A stretch of 64,000 nucleotides of DNA, from contig NC_092678.1 of assembly GCF_964355755.1 (NCBI RefSeq), positions 7,828,422-7,892,421 of the forward strand, read 5' to 3'. Positions 47,802 to 59,033 of this stretch are shown in pieces. Source of the stretch: Antedon mediterranea. Its lineage: Eukaryota > Animalia > Echinodermata. The position numbers were made by a program, and so were the translations under genes. The notes beneath the pieces are model-generated. The model saw nothing but the letters and a program-made list of their open reading frames with translations, did not search any database and was not told the DNA's origin. Positions within the stretch are counted from its first letter, which is position 1; the number at the start of each line of letters is the position of its first letter.

Positions 47802-47916
47802 CCCGCGGGAAAGTTGATGTACAGAAAGGGCATCGAAGTACGAATAAGGGGAAAAAGCGGAACGGGAACAGGTACGCCAGAGTACGAGTTATTTCGACCC
47901 GAAGGATTGACTATAT

Positions 47917-48271
47917 GTGAAAACTACAATCAATGGCTTGGAGATTCCTTTGTTGATTGATACTGGAGCTACAGATACGCTGCTTTCTGCTTCCTTATTC
48001 CGGCAATTGCCGTTAAAACAGAAGCCAAAACTTAAGCCACACTCTGTCGGCATTCGCCAGATAGACGGAGGAGCGTTGAAAGCGATAGGCCAGGCTTGTA
48101 TGGAGCTAAAGGTTGGTAAGAGAACATGCGAATTGAACGTGTTGGTAGCGGACATCCAGATATCCGGCATATTGGGAATGGATTTTCTACTTAAAACCAA
48201 TGCAGTGATCGATACACGAGAATTAGCGTTGATAATAGGGGATGAACGAGTACGGTGTTTCTATCCAGAAG
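47917..48271 (+). pseudogene. pol: Gypsy aspartic protease
   Basis: LIDTGA and ILGMDFL motifs. Confidence 0.92.
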
Positions 48272-49434
48272 TAGTGGAGTCTGTTAGGGATATTTTGGTT
48301 CACTTTTTTCCAAAAGCATCAAATTTGGTATACAGGTTGCCCACCCTATACAAATTAAATTTTTGATGGGCGCCAAGCAAAATGACCCCTTGGGTCACCT
48401 AATTTGCATAATTTTAAATGGCGGACACTTTCGCTTAAACAGTCTATATCTCTGAAACTACTGGTCATAGAGAGTTGATTTTTAGCTCAAAATGTTCAGA
48501 ACATAAACATTCCTATTTACTCTAATGAAGTATTTTTGAAAAAATTGACCGGAAGTACCAGTTTTAACCTTTGACCCATATTTTAAGGCATTGCCATATC
48601 TCAGTAAATAGTTGTCACAGACAGTTTATTTAAGTGTCAAATTGTTCAGAATATATATGTTATTATTTAGTTTAATGAAACATTTTATCCAAAAATGACC
48701 GGAAGTACTCAGTTTTGCCTTTGACCGTTACGGTGTAATTACCAACCTTGTTATGGTTAATATATTTTGATATCCATAAAACTACTTGTCATAGAGAGTT
48801 AATGTTGGTGTCAAAATGTTCAGAACATAAACATTTCTATTTACTATAATAAAGTTTTTTCTAAAATAATGACCAGAAATACCATATTTGACCTTTGACC
48901 TGTTTTTTCAGGCAAATTGCCATATCACATTATTGGGTTGGCGTGGAAAGTTCATTTTGGTGTCAGATTGTTCAGAATATTATATGTTACTATTATGTTT
49001 AATAGAAGATTTTTCCAAAAAATGTCAGGAAGTACAGTTGACCTGTTACATACATAAAATTTTAAATTGGTTCAAGTTAACTGTATATTAATATTATTTT
49101 GCAATCCACTTTTGAGCACTTGTCGAAGATGGCTACTTGCATGTGCAATTGAACGAAGTATACTGAATGAAGTTGAATATAGTCCTATTTGTAGTGAGTC
49201 TAGAGTAATGCAAATGAGAGAAAATTGTATAGACAAAAAATACCCAATCTCATTCTCATCTAATCGAGTACTTAAATGAAGTCTTCTACACATTTAGCAA
49301 TAATGTTTACTGATGAAATCTATTCAAGTTTTGTTTTGGAAAGTTAGTGTTTCCATCACTTGTGTTTGTTTGGTTGTTACATTCAGGGTAATTGTCCTAT
49401 ATTGCATTTCTTCGCTGAGTATCTTTCTTTAATT

Positions 49435-49930
49435 AAGTATAGTTAAGTTTGTTCATGACCAAATTAACGGCAAAACACCACATCAAACAATGGAATACTT
49501 TTATTTAATTACACATAATGCTAGTACCAGATTTAGTAATAGATATAATTTTGCAATTCCGAAAGCTCGCACAGATGCTGGTAAATTTAGAATTTCTTTT
49601 AATGGAGCTCAACTTTGGAATAATTTACCCTTAGTTATAAAATGTACCTCTTCTAGATTTAAATTCATAAATGAAGTTAAATGTTTACTTTTACAAAAAT
49701 ATTAATGTTAGCCCTTGTTTACGTTATTTCTTTCATATAGTTGCTGTTTCTTTCTTATTGAATTATTGTTGATAGATGAAAATGTATGCATTATGACTAA
49801 TTTATTTTTTGTGACAGAAGTCAAACCTTGATTAGCGAAAGCTATTTTTTGGCTCCTTTTCACACACACATACATTTTATTGTATTGTACTATTTATGTA
49901 TGATGATGTGAATAAAGTTGATATAAGTAT
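49435..49930 (+). mobile_element. 3' fragment of an L2/Crack-like LINE
   Basis: ARTDAGKFRISFNGAQLWNNLP, then a 3'UTR with AATAAA. Confidence 0.7.
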
Positions 49931-50266
49931 AAGTTTAAAGGGCCTTCAAACTAGGGTATAACCTACTAATTAAAAGGATGGACATTTTCGGGATGCACAA
50001 TATAAAAACTAGACTACTGTTGCCATATCACGAACCACAACTGAAAAATATATTTTTTCCACCAGACCTAAAGTAATCCTTGGTCCGCCAAACTTGGCAG
50101 AATTCTTGAATTTTAATTTTTTTAAATTTGGCCATCATCTGGACACGATTTGGGTATTACAGTTTTGTTACTTATGACATTACGCCTTAGTATCATCTTT
50201 TTCATTATTGCCTTTTTACTTGATTTTTGGTTGATTAGTAAACAGTCAACTTTTGAGCATTGAACA

Positions 50267-53200
50267 ATGAACACCGCCGTATTTTTGCTCTGTTGTGTCT
50301 CGTTTATTTCATTTACTTACTCGTTTACCCCAACACAATATCCCTTTAATGATGATCACGAAGTGTTTTGGAGTGGATATGGATGCAATTGTGACAACAA
50401 TTTTCACCAATCTTTGTATAAATACGTGAATTTTAGCACAATAAGCTTAGGCCGGCAGAGCGAATTTCAAAGAATAGCATTACCGGTGTGTGAAGGGGTC
50501 TGTGTAGTCAGCTGTCCAGGTCAGTATGCAAATGTTAAATGGAGCCTAGTTGAAATGGAATATACAAAGCGTTCTATGAACAACTTTGTGCAATATTTTT
50601 TCTACTATTTTACCGATGCAGTCTACATTCGATTTATTCTTGACGACGATTTTCATCCGATACCATTTTCTTATTCAAAATGTGCAATAACCAGCTGTCC
50701 AGGTCAGTATGTTAAGTGGAACCAAGTCGAATTGGAACTTACACAACGTTCTATGAACAACTTTGTGCAATACTTTTTCTACTATTTTAATGATGCTGTT
50801 TACATTGACGACGATTTTCATCCGATACCTATTTATTATTCAAAATGTGCAATAACAATAACTGGCCTTACATCATTACAAGTACGAAAGAAATCGAAGT
50901 TTAAATTCCTTGGCAGGGCTGTGTCATACTATTCAAATTCGGTTAGTACTCTACGTATTTGGTCTGTTGTACTTGGAGGGGACATAGAAGTCAATCCTGG
51001 CCCGAATGCTACTAATTCGAACAACAAAAGTAGCTCTTTAAAGGTGTACTACCAAAACGTTCGTAGTGTAAAAAATAAAATGGAATCATATAAATCGGAA
51101 TTGTTTAGTCACATGTGCACAAGATACATAGACGTTGTAGCATTAACTGAAACCTGGTTAAATAACACTGTAATTGATTGTGAACTGTCTTTAGATGGCT
51201 TTAATCTATATCGCAGGGACCGGCAAGAGGACAAGAGAGGCGGTGGAGTTTTACTCTTAATTAACAACAAATACAGGTCGTGTCGTCTCATTAAGTTTGA
51301 AGATGAAAGTCAAGAACTAATGTGGGTCAAAATTCAACTGTCTAGAAAAAAATGTTTAATTATTGGTATATATTATCGCCCACCATCGGCACCTAAATCT
51401 CAAATCGATCGTCTCTGTGAATCTATAAACAATGTGCAATATGAATTTCAGGGTTTCAATCATGACGTTATGTTATTAGGAGATTTTAATCTACCTGAGA
51501 TAAAATGGCGTTTGAATAGTTATAATAAGTGCAATATTGTAGAATGTGAAGCTCCCGACAACTCCAATGGCAAATTTTTTATAGATAATATTTTACAGGG
51601 TAATAATTTTAATCAATTTGTATATTTTCCGACATGTGCCGATCACACTCTTGATCTTGTCTTGTGCAATACTATATGCCATGAAGTTTCATTCGGTGAA
51701 GATATTTTCACTTCTGATCACTGTGCAATAAATTTTAAATATCCTATAGAGTTTAACAAACACCTTATCAATAATGACGATCGATTGTTATATAATTTTA
51801 AAAAACTTAACAAATTAGATTTTATACAAACACTTTCTCATATTCCTTGGAATTTACTTGATCTTGCCGTTGACATTGATGAGGCAGTTAATTTATTTTA
51901 TGATTTTATTTTTGCTACTATCAAAGATCTTGTCCCTGTTTTCAGACCTAAGAGAAAACTCCCACCATGGTTTGATAATGAGCTCTACACTGCTTTGAAA
52001 TCTAAAGAATCATATTTTAGAGAAAAAAAACGTAATCCAAATAGGTTAAATATTGAAAATTTTCGATTTGCTAGGTCAAATTTTAAACGACTTTGTAGAT
52101 TTAAGTATCGTACCTATGTTAATTCATTATGTTGTAATTTAAGTTGTAATCCGAAACGTTTTTGGTCTTGGATAAAATCCTCAAGAAAAAATAATAATAA
52201 CATTCCTTCGGAACTACATTTTAATAATCAGTCAGCTTACACTGTAAAAGACAAAGCAAACTTACTTAACCAATTTTTTTTTTATTCTGTTTTTAGTCCT
52301 GTTAACAAAGATTTGGATGTTCCTAATCTTCCTGAATATCCCATCGATTGCTTATCTAAACTTGAGTTTAATCAGGAGGTTATAGAAAAGCACATTAATG
52401 AAATTGATTCTCATAAGGCTTCAGGTAATGATGGTCTAAGTAATATTGTTTTGTCTTTAGCTGCCAAACCTCTTTCTTTCCCTTGTAAAATTTTATTTGA
52501 AAGATGCATTTCTGAGAAACGTTTTCCGATAAAATGGAAGCAAGCTAACGTGTGCCCTATCTTTAAAGCTGGTTCTAAATCTGATGTACGCAATTATAGA
52601 CCGGTTTCATTGTTGCCAACTATTTCTAAAGTTTTTGAAAAAATTGTTCACGACCAAATTTTTAAACATATATCACCAGTTATTAGTGACCATCAACACG
52701 GATTTTACCCAGGAAGGTCTTGTGAAACAAATTTGTCTGTTCTGTTGTCACATGCGTATGACGCAATAAATGCAAAAGGGCAATGCGAAGTTGTATATAC
52801 AGACATGGCTAAAGCCTTTGACAGGGTCTCCCATAAGTTGCTCTTGTTTAAACTTCAACAATTTGGTCTAAATCACGATTTAATTTTATTTTTTACAAGT
52901 TATTTATCGGACAGGTTTCAGAGAGTCACTTTTGATGGTAACGCGTCTGAATGGCTTCCAGTTTTATCTGGAGTGCCTCAGGGGTCTATTTTGGGGCCTC
53001 TTTTTTTCATTATGTTTATTAACGATTTTTCCTTTGTTCCTCGTCATTCTAATGTTCTTATGTTTGCTGACGATATCAAATTATTTAAGTCTATACAAAC
53101 TTTAAATGATATGTTGTTGTTACAAGAAGACGTTGACAGACTCATTCACTGGTGCGACACTTGGAATATGTCAGTCAATGCCTCTAAATGCAAATCAATG

Positions 53201-53869
53201 TCTTTTACTCTTAAGAAAAAACCCATCTATTTTGACTTTTATATTAAGAATATTATACTTGAAAGAGTCTCTGTTCACAAAGACCTTGGTGTTTTTTTAG
53301 ATAGTTCATTAACCTTCTGTAAACATATTGATTTTATAGTCTCTAAATGCAATAGACTTTTGGGTTTTCTTTGGAGACATTGCAGACATATCAACGATAA
53401 AAAGGCATTAGTTATTTTATACAAATCTTTAGTTAGGTCGAATCTTGAATTCTGCAGTGTTATTTTTAACTCTATTTCTCTTGCCCAGTCTTCTAGATTA
53501 CAAAGTGTACAGAACAAGTTTTGTCGATTTTATGTGCGTAAATTTGGTTCTATTAGCAAAGACGTTCTTTTTAATTTAGCGGGTAGGCGTAAGTTATTTG
53601 ATTTAATTTTTCTTTTTAAGGCTGTGAACTCAATTTTTCATGGTAATTTTGAAGTGTACTTTCCTATTTCTGTTCCTCAATATCAATTGCGTTATCCTGC
53701 TTTATTTTCTATATCAAGAGGGAGGGTAAATATTACTAAAAATGGTTTTGTTAATCGTTTGCCTAAGTTATACCATTCACTATGTAAAATTGATGGATCT
53801 GTTGATATTTTTTTTGATTCCCTTGCTTGTTTCCGTCACAAGGTTTTGTCTAATGTCAGTAATATTTAA
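50267..53869 (+). CDS. LINE polyprotein: 245-aa leader, 2A motif, APE endonuclease, reverse transcriptase (1200 aa)
   Basis: Uninterrupted ORF with GDIEVNPGP, TETWL, GDFN, SDH, SGVPQGSILGP and FADD. Confidence 0.95.
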   Translation: MNTAVFLLCCVSFISFTYSFTPTQYPFNDDHEVFWSGYGCNCDNNFHQSLYKYVNFSTISLGRQSEFQRIALPVCEGVCVVSCPGQYANVKWSLVEMEYTKRSMNNFVQYFFYYFTDAVYIRFILDDDFHPIPFSYSKCAITSCPGQYVKWNQVELELTQRSMNNFVQYFFYYFNDAVYIDDDFHPIPIYYSKCAITITGLTSLQVRKKSKFKFLGRAVSYYSNSVSTLRIWSVVLGGDIEVNPGPNATNSNNKSSSLKVYYQNVRSVKNKMESYKSELFSHMCTRYIDVVALTETWLNNTVIDCELSLDGFNLYRRDRQEDKRGGGVLLLINNKYRSCRLIKFEDESQELMWVKIQLSRKKCLIIGIYYRPPSAPKSQIDRLCESINNVQYEFQGFNHDVMLLGDFNLPEIKWRLNSYNKCNIVECEAPDNSNGKFFIDNILQGNNFNQFVYFPTCADHTLDLVLCNTICHEVSFGEDIFTSDHCAINFKYPIEFNKHLINNDDRLLYNFKKLNKLDFIQTLSHIPWNLLDLAVDIDEAVNLFYDFIFATIKDLVPVFRPKRKLPPWFDNELYTALKSKESYFREKKRNPNRLNIENFRFARSNFKRLCRFKYRTYVNSLCCNLSCNPKRFWSWIKSSRKNNNNIPSELHFNNQSAYTVKDKANLLNQFFFYSVFSPVNKDLDVPNLPEYPIDCLSKLEFNQEVIEKHINEIDSHKASGNDGLSNIVLSLAAKPLSFPCKILFERCISEKRFPIKWKQANVCPIFKAGSKSDVRNYRPVSLLPTISKVFEKIVHDQIFKHISPVISDHQHGFYPGRSCETNLSVLLSHAYDAINAKGQCEVVYTDMAKAFDRVSHKLLLFKLQQFGLNHDLILFFTSYLSDRFQRVTFDGNASEWLPVLSGVPQGSILGPLFFIMFINDFSFVPRHSNVLMFADDIKLFKSIQTLNDMLLLQEDVDRLIHWCDTWNMSVNASKCKSMSFTLKKKPIYFDFYIKNIILERVSVHKDLGVFLDSSLTFCKHIDFIVSKCNRLLGFLWRHCRHINDKKALVILYKSLVRSNLEFCSVIFNSISLAQSSRLQSVQNKFCRFYVRKFGSISKDVLFNLAGRRKLFDLIFLFKAVNSIFHGNFEVYFPISVPQYQLRYPALFSISRGRVNITKNGFVNRLPKLYHSLCKIDGSVDIFFDSLACFRHKVLSNVSNI

Positions 53870-54416
53870 AGATGTATTGTCCCTTTGACTAATTCCAAAA
53901 AAATAAAAAATAATAGATTTCGAAAAAAGGTGGGTCATTTTGAAGTATCATAATAGTTATTAACTATCACCAAAAATTTTTCGAAAAAAAAAAAATTTAA
54001 CTGAAATACAGACGTTTTTTTGGTAAAAAAATAACTTTGACTTCCAGTCAAAGTTTTCAATCAAAACATATCCCATAATGAAACGCGCTTGTTTGGCTAC
54101 TCTGTATGCATAATCATAAAACTTCCTCATGATCTGTGTGAAAATACCTTCTTAACCGTGACGAGTTGTAAACAATCCTAATTTAGCATATGCATAATGC
54201 GTACTCATGGTTTGAAATCTTTGTTTACTTTCGCTCGTGACGATTTTCCAGATGAAATGTAATCAAACTAATTTACCTGTTAATTATGTAAACTTGTTGT
54301 TTTTGGCTCAAATTTTCGACTTAAAGTGAATAACTTTAATATTACTTTGATATGGCCACTTTAAATTTAGAATATTTTGACCTTCATTTTTTTGTGTTTC
54401 AAGGGACAATACATCT
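53870..54416. mobile_element. Kolobok-like MITE inserted at the LINE stop codon
   Basis: TTAA duplicated at 53866-53869 and 54417-54420; TIR AGATGTATTGTCCCTT; empty site visible in the other LINE copy. Confidence 0.92.
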
Positions 54417-55531
54417 TTAAATGTTGTCTTGTTATCTGTTGATTTTTGCTTGTATATTATATGTTATATTTTACGACTTTCAGCCCTGTTAATGGTGACG
54501 TTTGGTCACTGTAGGGTGATGATGAAATAAAATAAAAAAAAAAAAAAAAAAATAAATGTTAAATTGTTGTTATATTGGAATTGGTAACAATTCTTGGCTT
54601 GTGTAACATAATGTATTGATGAGCTGTTTTAACCTCATGAACAGATTTACTTTTATTACTTTCATTTCTTTTATGTACATTTTCAAAGTATTGAATGATG
54701 TGTCCTTTCTCATATCGAGTATTTGGAAAATAATGGCTTATTCAAACTTCTTTAGCAATCCTTGAACAGTCTGGTTGGTTCAGTCACCATAAGCACATGT
54801 ATGGTAATTGTAATATTTTCAGTGTTCTCGTAAAGACGAAATGCCCCATCATGTTCTGAGCTTGAGTATGATATTGTTTCTTAGAAATGAGGCTAAACCT
54901 TTTTGTTGATTTTTGCACAACATTTCCATTCATAAAATTTGCATTGTTCACATAGTCAAGGACATGCAATACAGAGTTCATTTTAAGTTTGAAAAAAGGG
55001 CAATATATGAAAAAGAGGATACTAGAGCGTAACATGTCATTAGTAACAAAACTGTTCCTATTCGTCCAATCTCTTCTAGATGATTACTGTATATGGTCGA
55101 TTTCTTTTTTTTTTTAATTTGAAAATCTTTGAGAACCACCAAGCTGGACGGTCCTTGGATGACTTAGGTCTGGAGGACAGAAATCTTCGTTGTCTTTTCC
55201 CCATTCAGTGGTTGCTCGTGTTATGGCAACAAAGAGAAATGTAGCAACATGAAATTGTTATGGAACAGCAAACACAAGTGACGGAAACACTAACTTTCCA
55301 AAACAAAACTTTTACTGGATTTCATCAGTAGGCCTACACATTATTGCTAAATATGTGGAAGACTTCATTTAAGTACTCGATTAGATGAGATTGGGTATTT
55401 TTTGTATATACAATTTTCTCATTTCTCATTTACATTACTCTAGACTCACTACAAATAGGACAATCTATTCAACTTTGTTCAGTATACTTTGTTCAATTGC
55501 ACATGCAAGCAGCCATCTTCGACAAGTGCTC

Positions 55532-58500
55532 AAAAGTGGGTTGCAAAATAATATCATAAATATACAGTTAACTATACAATTAACTGAACAAATTTATAAA
55601 TTTTATGTATTTAACAAGTCAATAACTATACTTCCTGACATTTTTTTGAAAAGTCTTCTATTAAGCAGAATAGAAACATATATATTCTGAACAATCTGAC
55701 ACCAAAATGAACTTTCCACTCCAACCCAATAATGTGATATGGCAATTTGCCTGAAAAAACAGGTCAAAGGTCAAATATGGTATTTCTGGTCATTATTTGA
55801 GAAAAAACTTTATTATAGTAAATAGAAATGTTTATGTTCTGAACATTTTGACACCAAAATTAACTCTCTACGACAGGTAGTTTATGGATATCAAAATATA
55901 TTAACCGTAACAATGTTGGTAATTACACCGTAACGGTCAAAGGCAAAACTGAGTACTTCCGGTCATTTTTGGATAAAATGTTTCATTAAACTAAATAGTA
56001 ACATATATATTCTGAACAATTTGACACTTAAATAAACTGTCTGTGACAACTATTTACTGAGATATGGCAATGCCTTAAAATATGGGTCAAAGGTTAAAAC
56101 TGGTACTTCCGGTCATTTTTTTCAAAAATACTTTATTAGAGTAAATAGGAATGTTTATGTTCTGAACATTTTGGGCTAAAAATCAACTCTCTATGAACAG
56201 TATTTTTAGAGATATAGACTGTTTAAGCGAAAATGTCCGCCATTTTAAATTATGCAAATTAGGTGACCCAAGGGGTCATTTTGCTTGGCGCCCATCAAAA
56301 ATTGAATTTGTATATAGTCCAGTCAATCTAATGATATACCCACCACAAATTGCAATAGTAACAAAGCTAGTATTTTTGAATTCTATATAATGTGTAGAAC
56401 GACATACTAAAAGTCACCGAAAATCCAAGCATTGGGTCAAGGGGTCAGAGGTCAATAAAGGTCATTTTAAGTCAAAATTAATATGCCCCATTATTTACAT
56501 ATATTTAACCATTTAAAATACATTATATACAAGTGGGATTTATTTCATCCGAAAGCTTATTAAATTTCCTATTCAGTGATATCAAACTTATAGTCATAAC
56601 ACTTTATTTAGAATGTCATTTTTGCGGAAAAACACAACATAATGTGTCAATTTTGGCTAAAAATGTTGTTTTCGCTGTAAACAACAATGGTATACACACA
56701 GGTATACCCTGGGGTGAACATTTCAGTCCAACGCGATACACATGACCAGTTCAAGATGCAGATGAGTGACATCTCCGTTCCTGTTGCTTCTGGATGATCT
56801 ACATTCCATTTTTTCCAGATGGCATTTGTGTTGCCATGGTTACAGTATTTATATTGGGATGTATAAGTATTTTAACGATCTTTTAACCAGTAGAAATACA
56901 AAGATGTTCAACAGCAGTTTGACAATGACCTCCATTTTGTATGACGTTCGGACCATCTGGGCTGGATTGTCAACAGACCTGGTGATTGAAAACGTTTCTA
57001 TGAGAAGCCTCAAAGAAAACCAGAGGTTTGACAAGAGAATATAGGAATGCGTACATCCAGACCAATTCTGCGCTGAAATGTATGTAATGTCTTGTATTAT
57101 AGTATCAGGGCGTTACTCCAGCAGCGGCCAACATAAGACCTTATGGCCACACGTCAGGAACACAATGGCAATTGAAAAATCCATTTGGTTACGACTCAGA
57201 GACTTCATACCATTGACACAGGAGTTACTGCAGGTGACTCGGAATATTAGCAATGTGGTATTAAGCATTGAATATTTTTGCCAAAAGTGGGTTGCAAAAT
57301 AATATCATAAATATACAGTTAACTATACAATTAACTGAACAAATTTATAAATTTTATGTATTTAACAAGTCAATAACTATACTTCCTGACATTTTTTTGA
57401 AAAGTCTTCTATTAAGCAGAATAGAAACATATATATTCTGAACAATCTGACACCAAAATGAACTTTCCACTCCAACCCAATAATGTGATATGGCAATTTG
57501 CCTGAAAAAACAGGTCAAAGGTCAAATATGGTATTTCTGGTCATTATTTGAGAAAAAACTTTATTATAGTAAATAGAAATGTTTATGTTCTGAACATTTT
57601 GACACCAAAATTAACTCTCTACGACAAGTAGTTTATGGATATCAAAATATATTAACCGTAACAAGGTTGGTAATTACACCGTAACGGTCAAAGGCAAAAC
57701 TGAGTACTTCCGGTCATTTTTGGATAAAATGTTTCATTAAACTAAATAGTAACATATATATTCTGAACAATTTGACACTTAAATAAACTGTCTGTGACAA
57801 CTATTTACTGAGATATGGCAATGCCTTAAAATATGGGTCAAAGGTTAAAACTGGTACTTCCGGTCATTTTTTCAAAAATACTTTATTAGAGTAAATAGGA
57901 ATGTTTATGTTCTGATCATTTTGGGCTAAAAATCAACTCTCTATGACCAGTATTTTTAGAGATATAGACTGTTTAAGCGAAAATGTCCGCCATTTTAAAT
58001 TATGCAAATTAGGTGACCCAAGGGGTCATTTTGCTTGGCGCCCATCAAAAATTGAATTTGTATATAGTCCAGTCAATCTAATGATATACCCACCACAAAT
58101 TGCAATAGTAACAAAGCTAGTATTTTTGAATTCTATATAATGTGTAGAACGACATACTAAAAGTCACCGAAAATCCAAGCATTGGGTCAAGGGGTCAGAG
58201 GTCAATAAAGGTCATTTTAAGTCAAAATTAATATGCCCCATTATTTACATATATTTAACCATTTAAAATACATTATATACAAGTGGGATTTATTTCATCC
58301 GAAAGCTTATTAAATTTCCTATTCAGTGATATCAAACTTATAGTCATAACATTTTATTTAGAATGTCATTTTTGCGGAAAAACACAACATAATGTGTCAA
58401 TTTTGGCTAAAAATGTTGTTTTCGCTGTAAACAACAATGGTATACACACAGGTATACCCTGGGGTGAACATTTCAGTCCAACGCGATACACATGACCAGT

Positions 58501-59033
58501 TCAAGATGCAGATGAGTGACATCTCCGTTCCTGTTGCTTCTGGATGATCTACATTCCATTTTTTCCAGATGGCATTTGTGTTGCCATGGTTACAGTATTT
58601 ATATTGGGATGTATAAGTATTTTAACGATCTTTTAACCAGTAGAAATACAAAGATGTTCAACAGCAGTTTGACAATGACCTCCATTTTGTATGACGTTCG
58701 GACCATCTGGGCTGGATTGTCAACAGACCTGGTGATTGAAAACGTTTCTATGAGAAGCCTCAAAGAAAACCAGAGGTTTGACAAGAGAATATAGGAATGC
58801 GTACATCCAGACCAATTCTGCGCTGAAATGTATGTAATGTCTTGTATTATAGTATCAGGGCGTTACTCCAGCAGCGGCCAACATAAGACCTTATGGCCAC
58901 ACGTCTGGAACACAATGGCAATTGAAAAATCCATTTGGTTACGACTCAGAGACTTCATACCATTGACACGGGAGTTACTGCAGGTGACTCGGAATATTAG
59001 CAATGTGGTATTAAGCATTGAATATTTTTGCCA
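55532..59033. repeat. 1750-bp tandem duplication
   Basis: ORF track repeats at +1750 (56193/57943, 56766/58516); junction near 57282. Confidence 0.95.

Larger units (their letters stand above)
50131..54552 (+). mobile_element. Apparently full-length CR1/L2-group LINE; 5' boundary approximate
   Basis: Single intact ORF; 3'UTR and polyA tail as in the copy at 5.5-8.6 kb. Confidence 0.92.

Noticed and set aside
48272-48276. CACTA/EnSpm classification of the 14-kb element
   Set aside because: The termini read TAGTG...CACTA, the reverse of CACTA elements; TAG..CTA with a 3-bp TSD fits Academ
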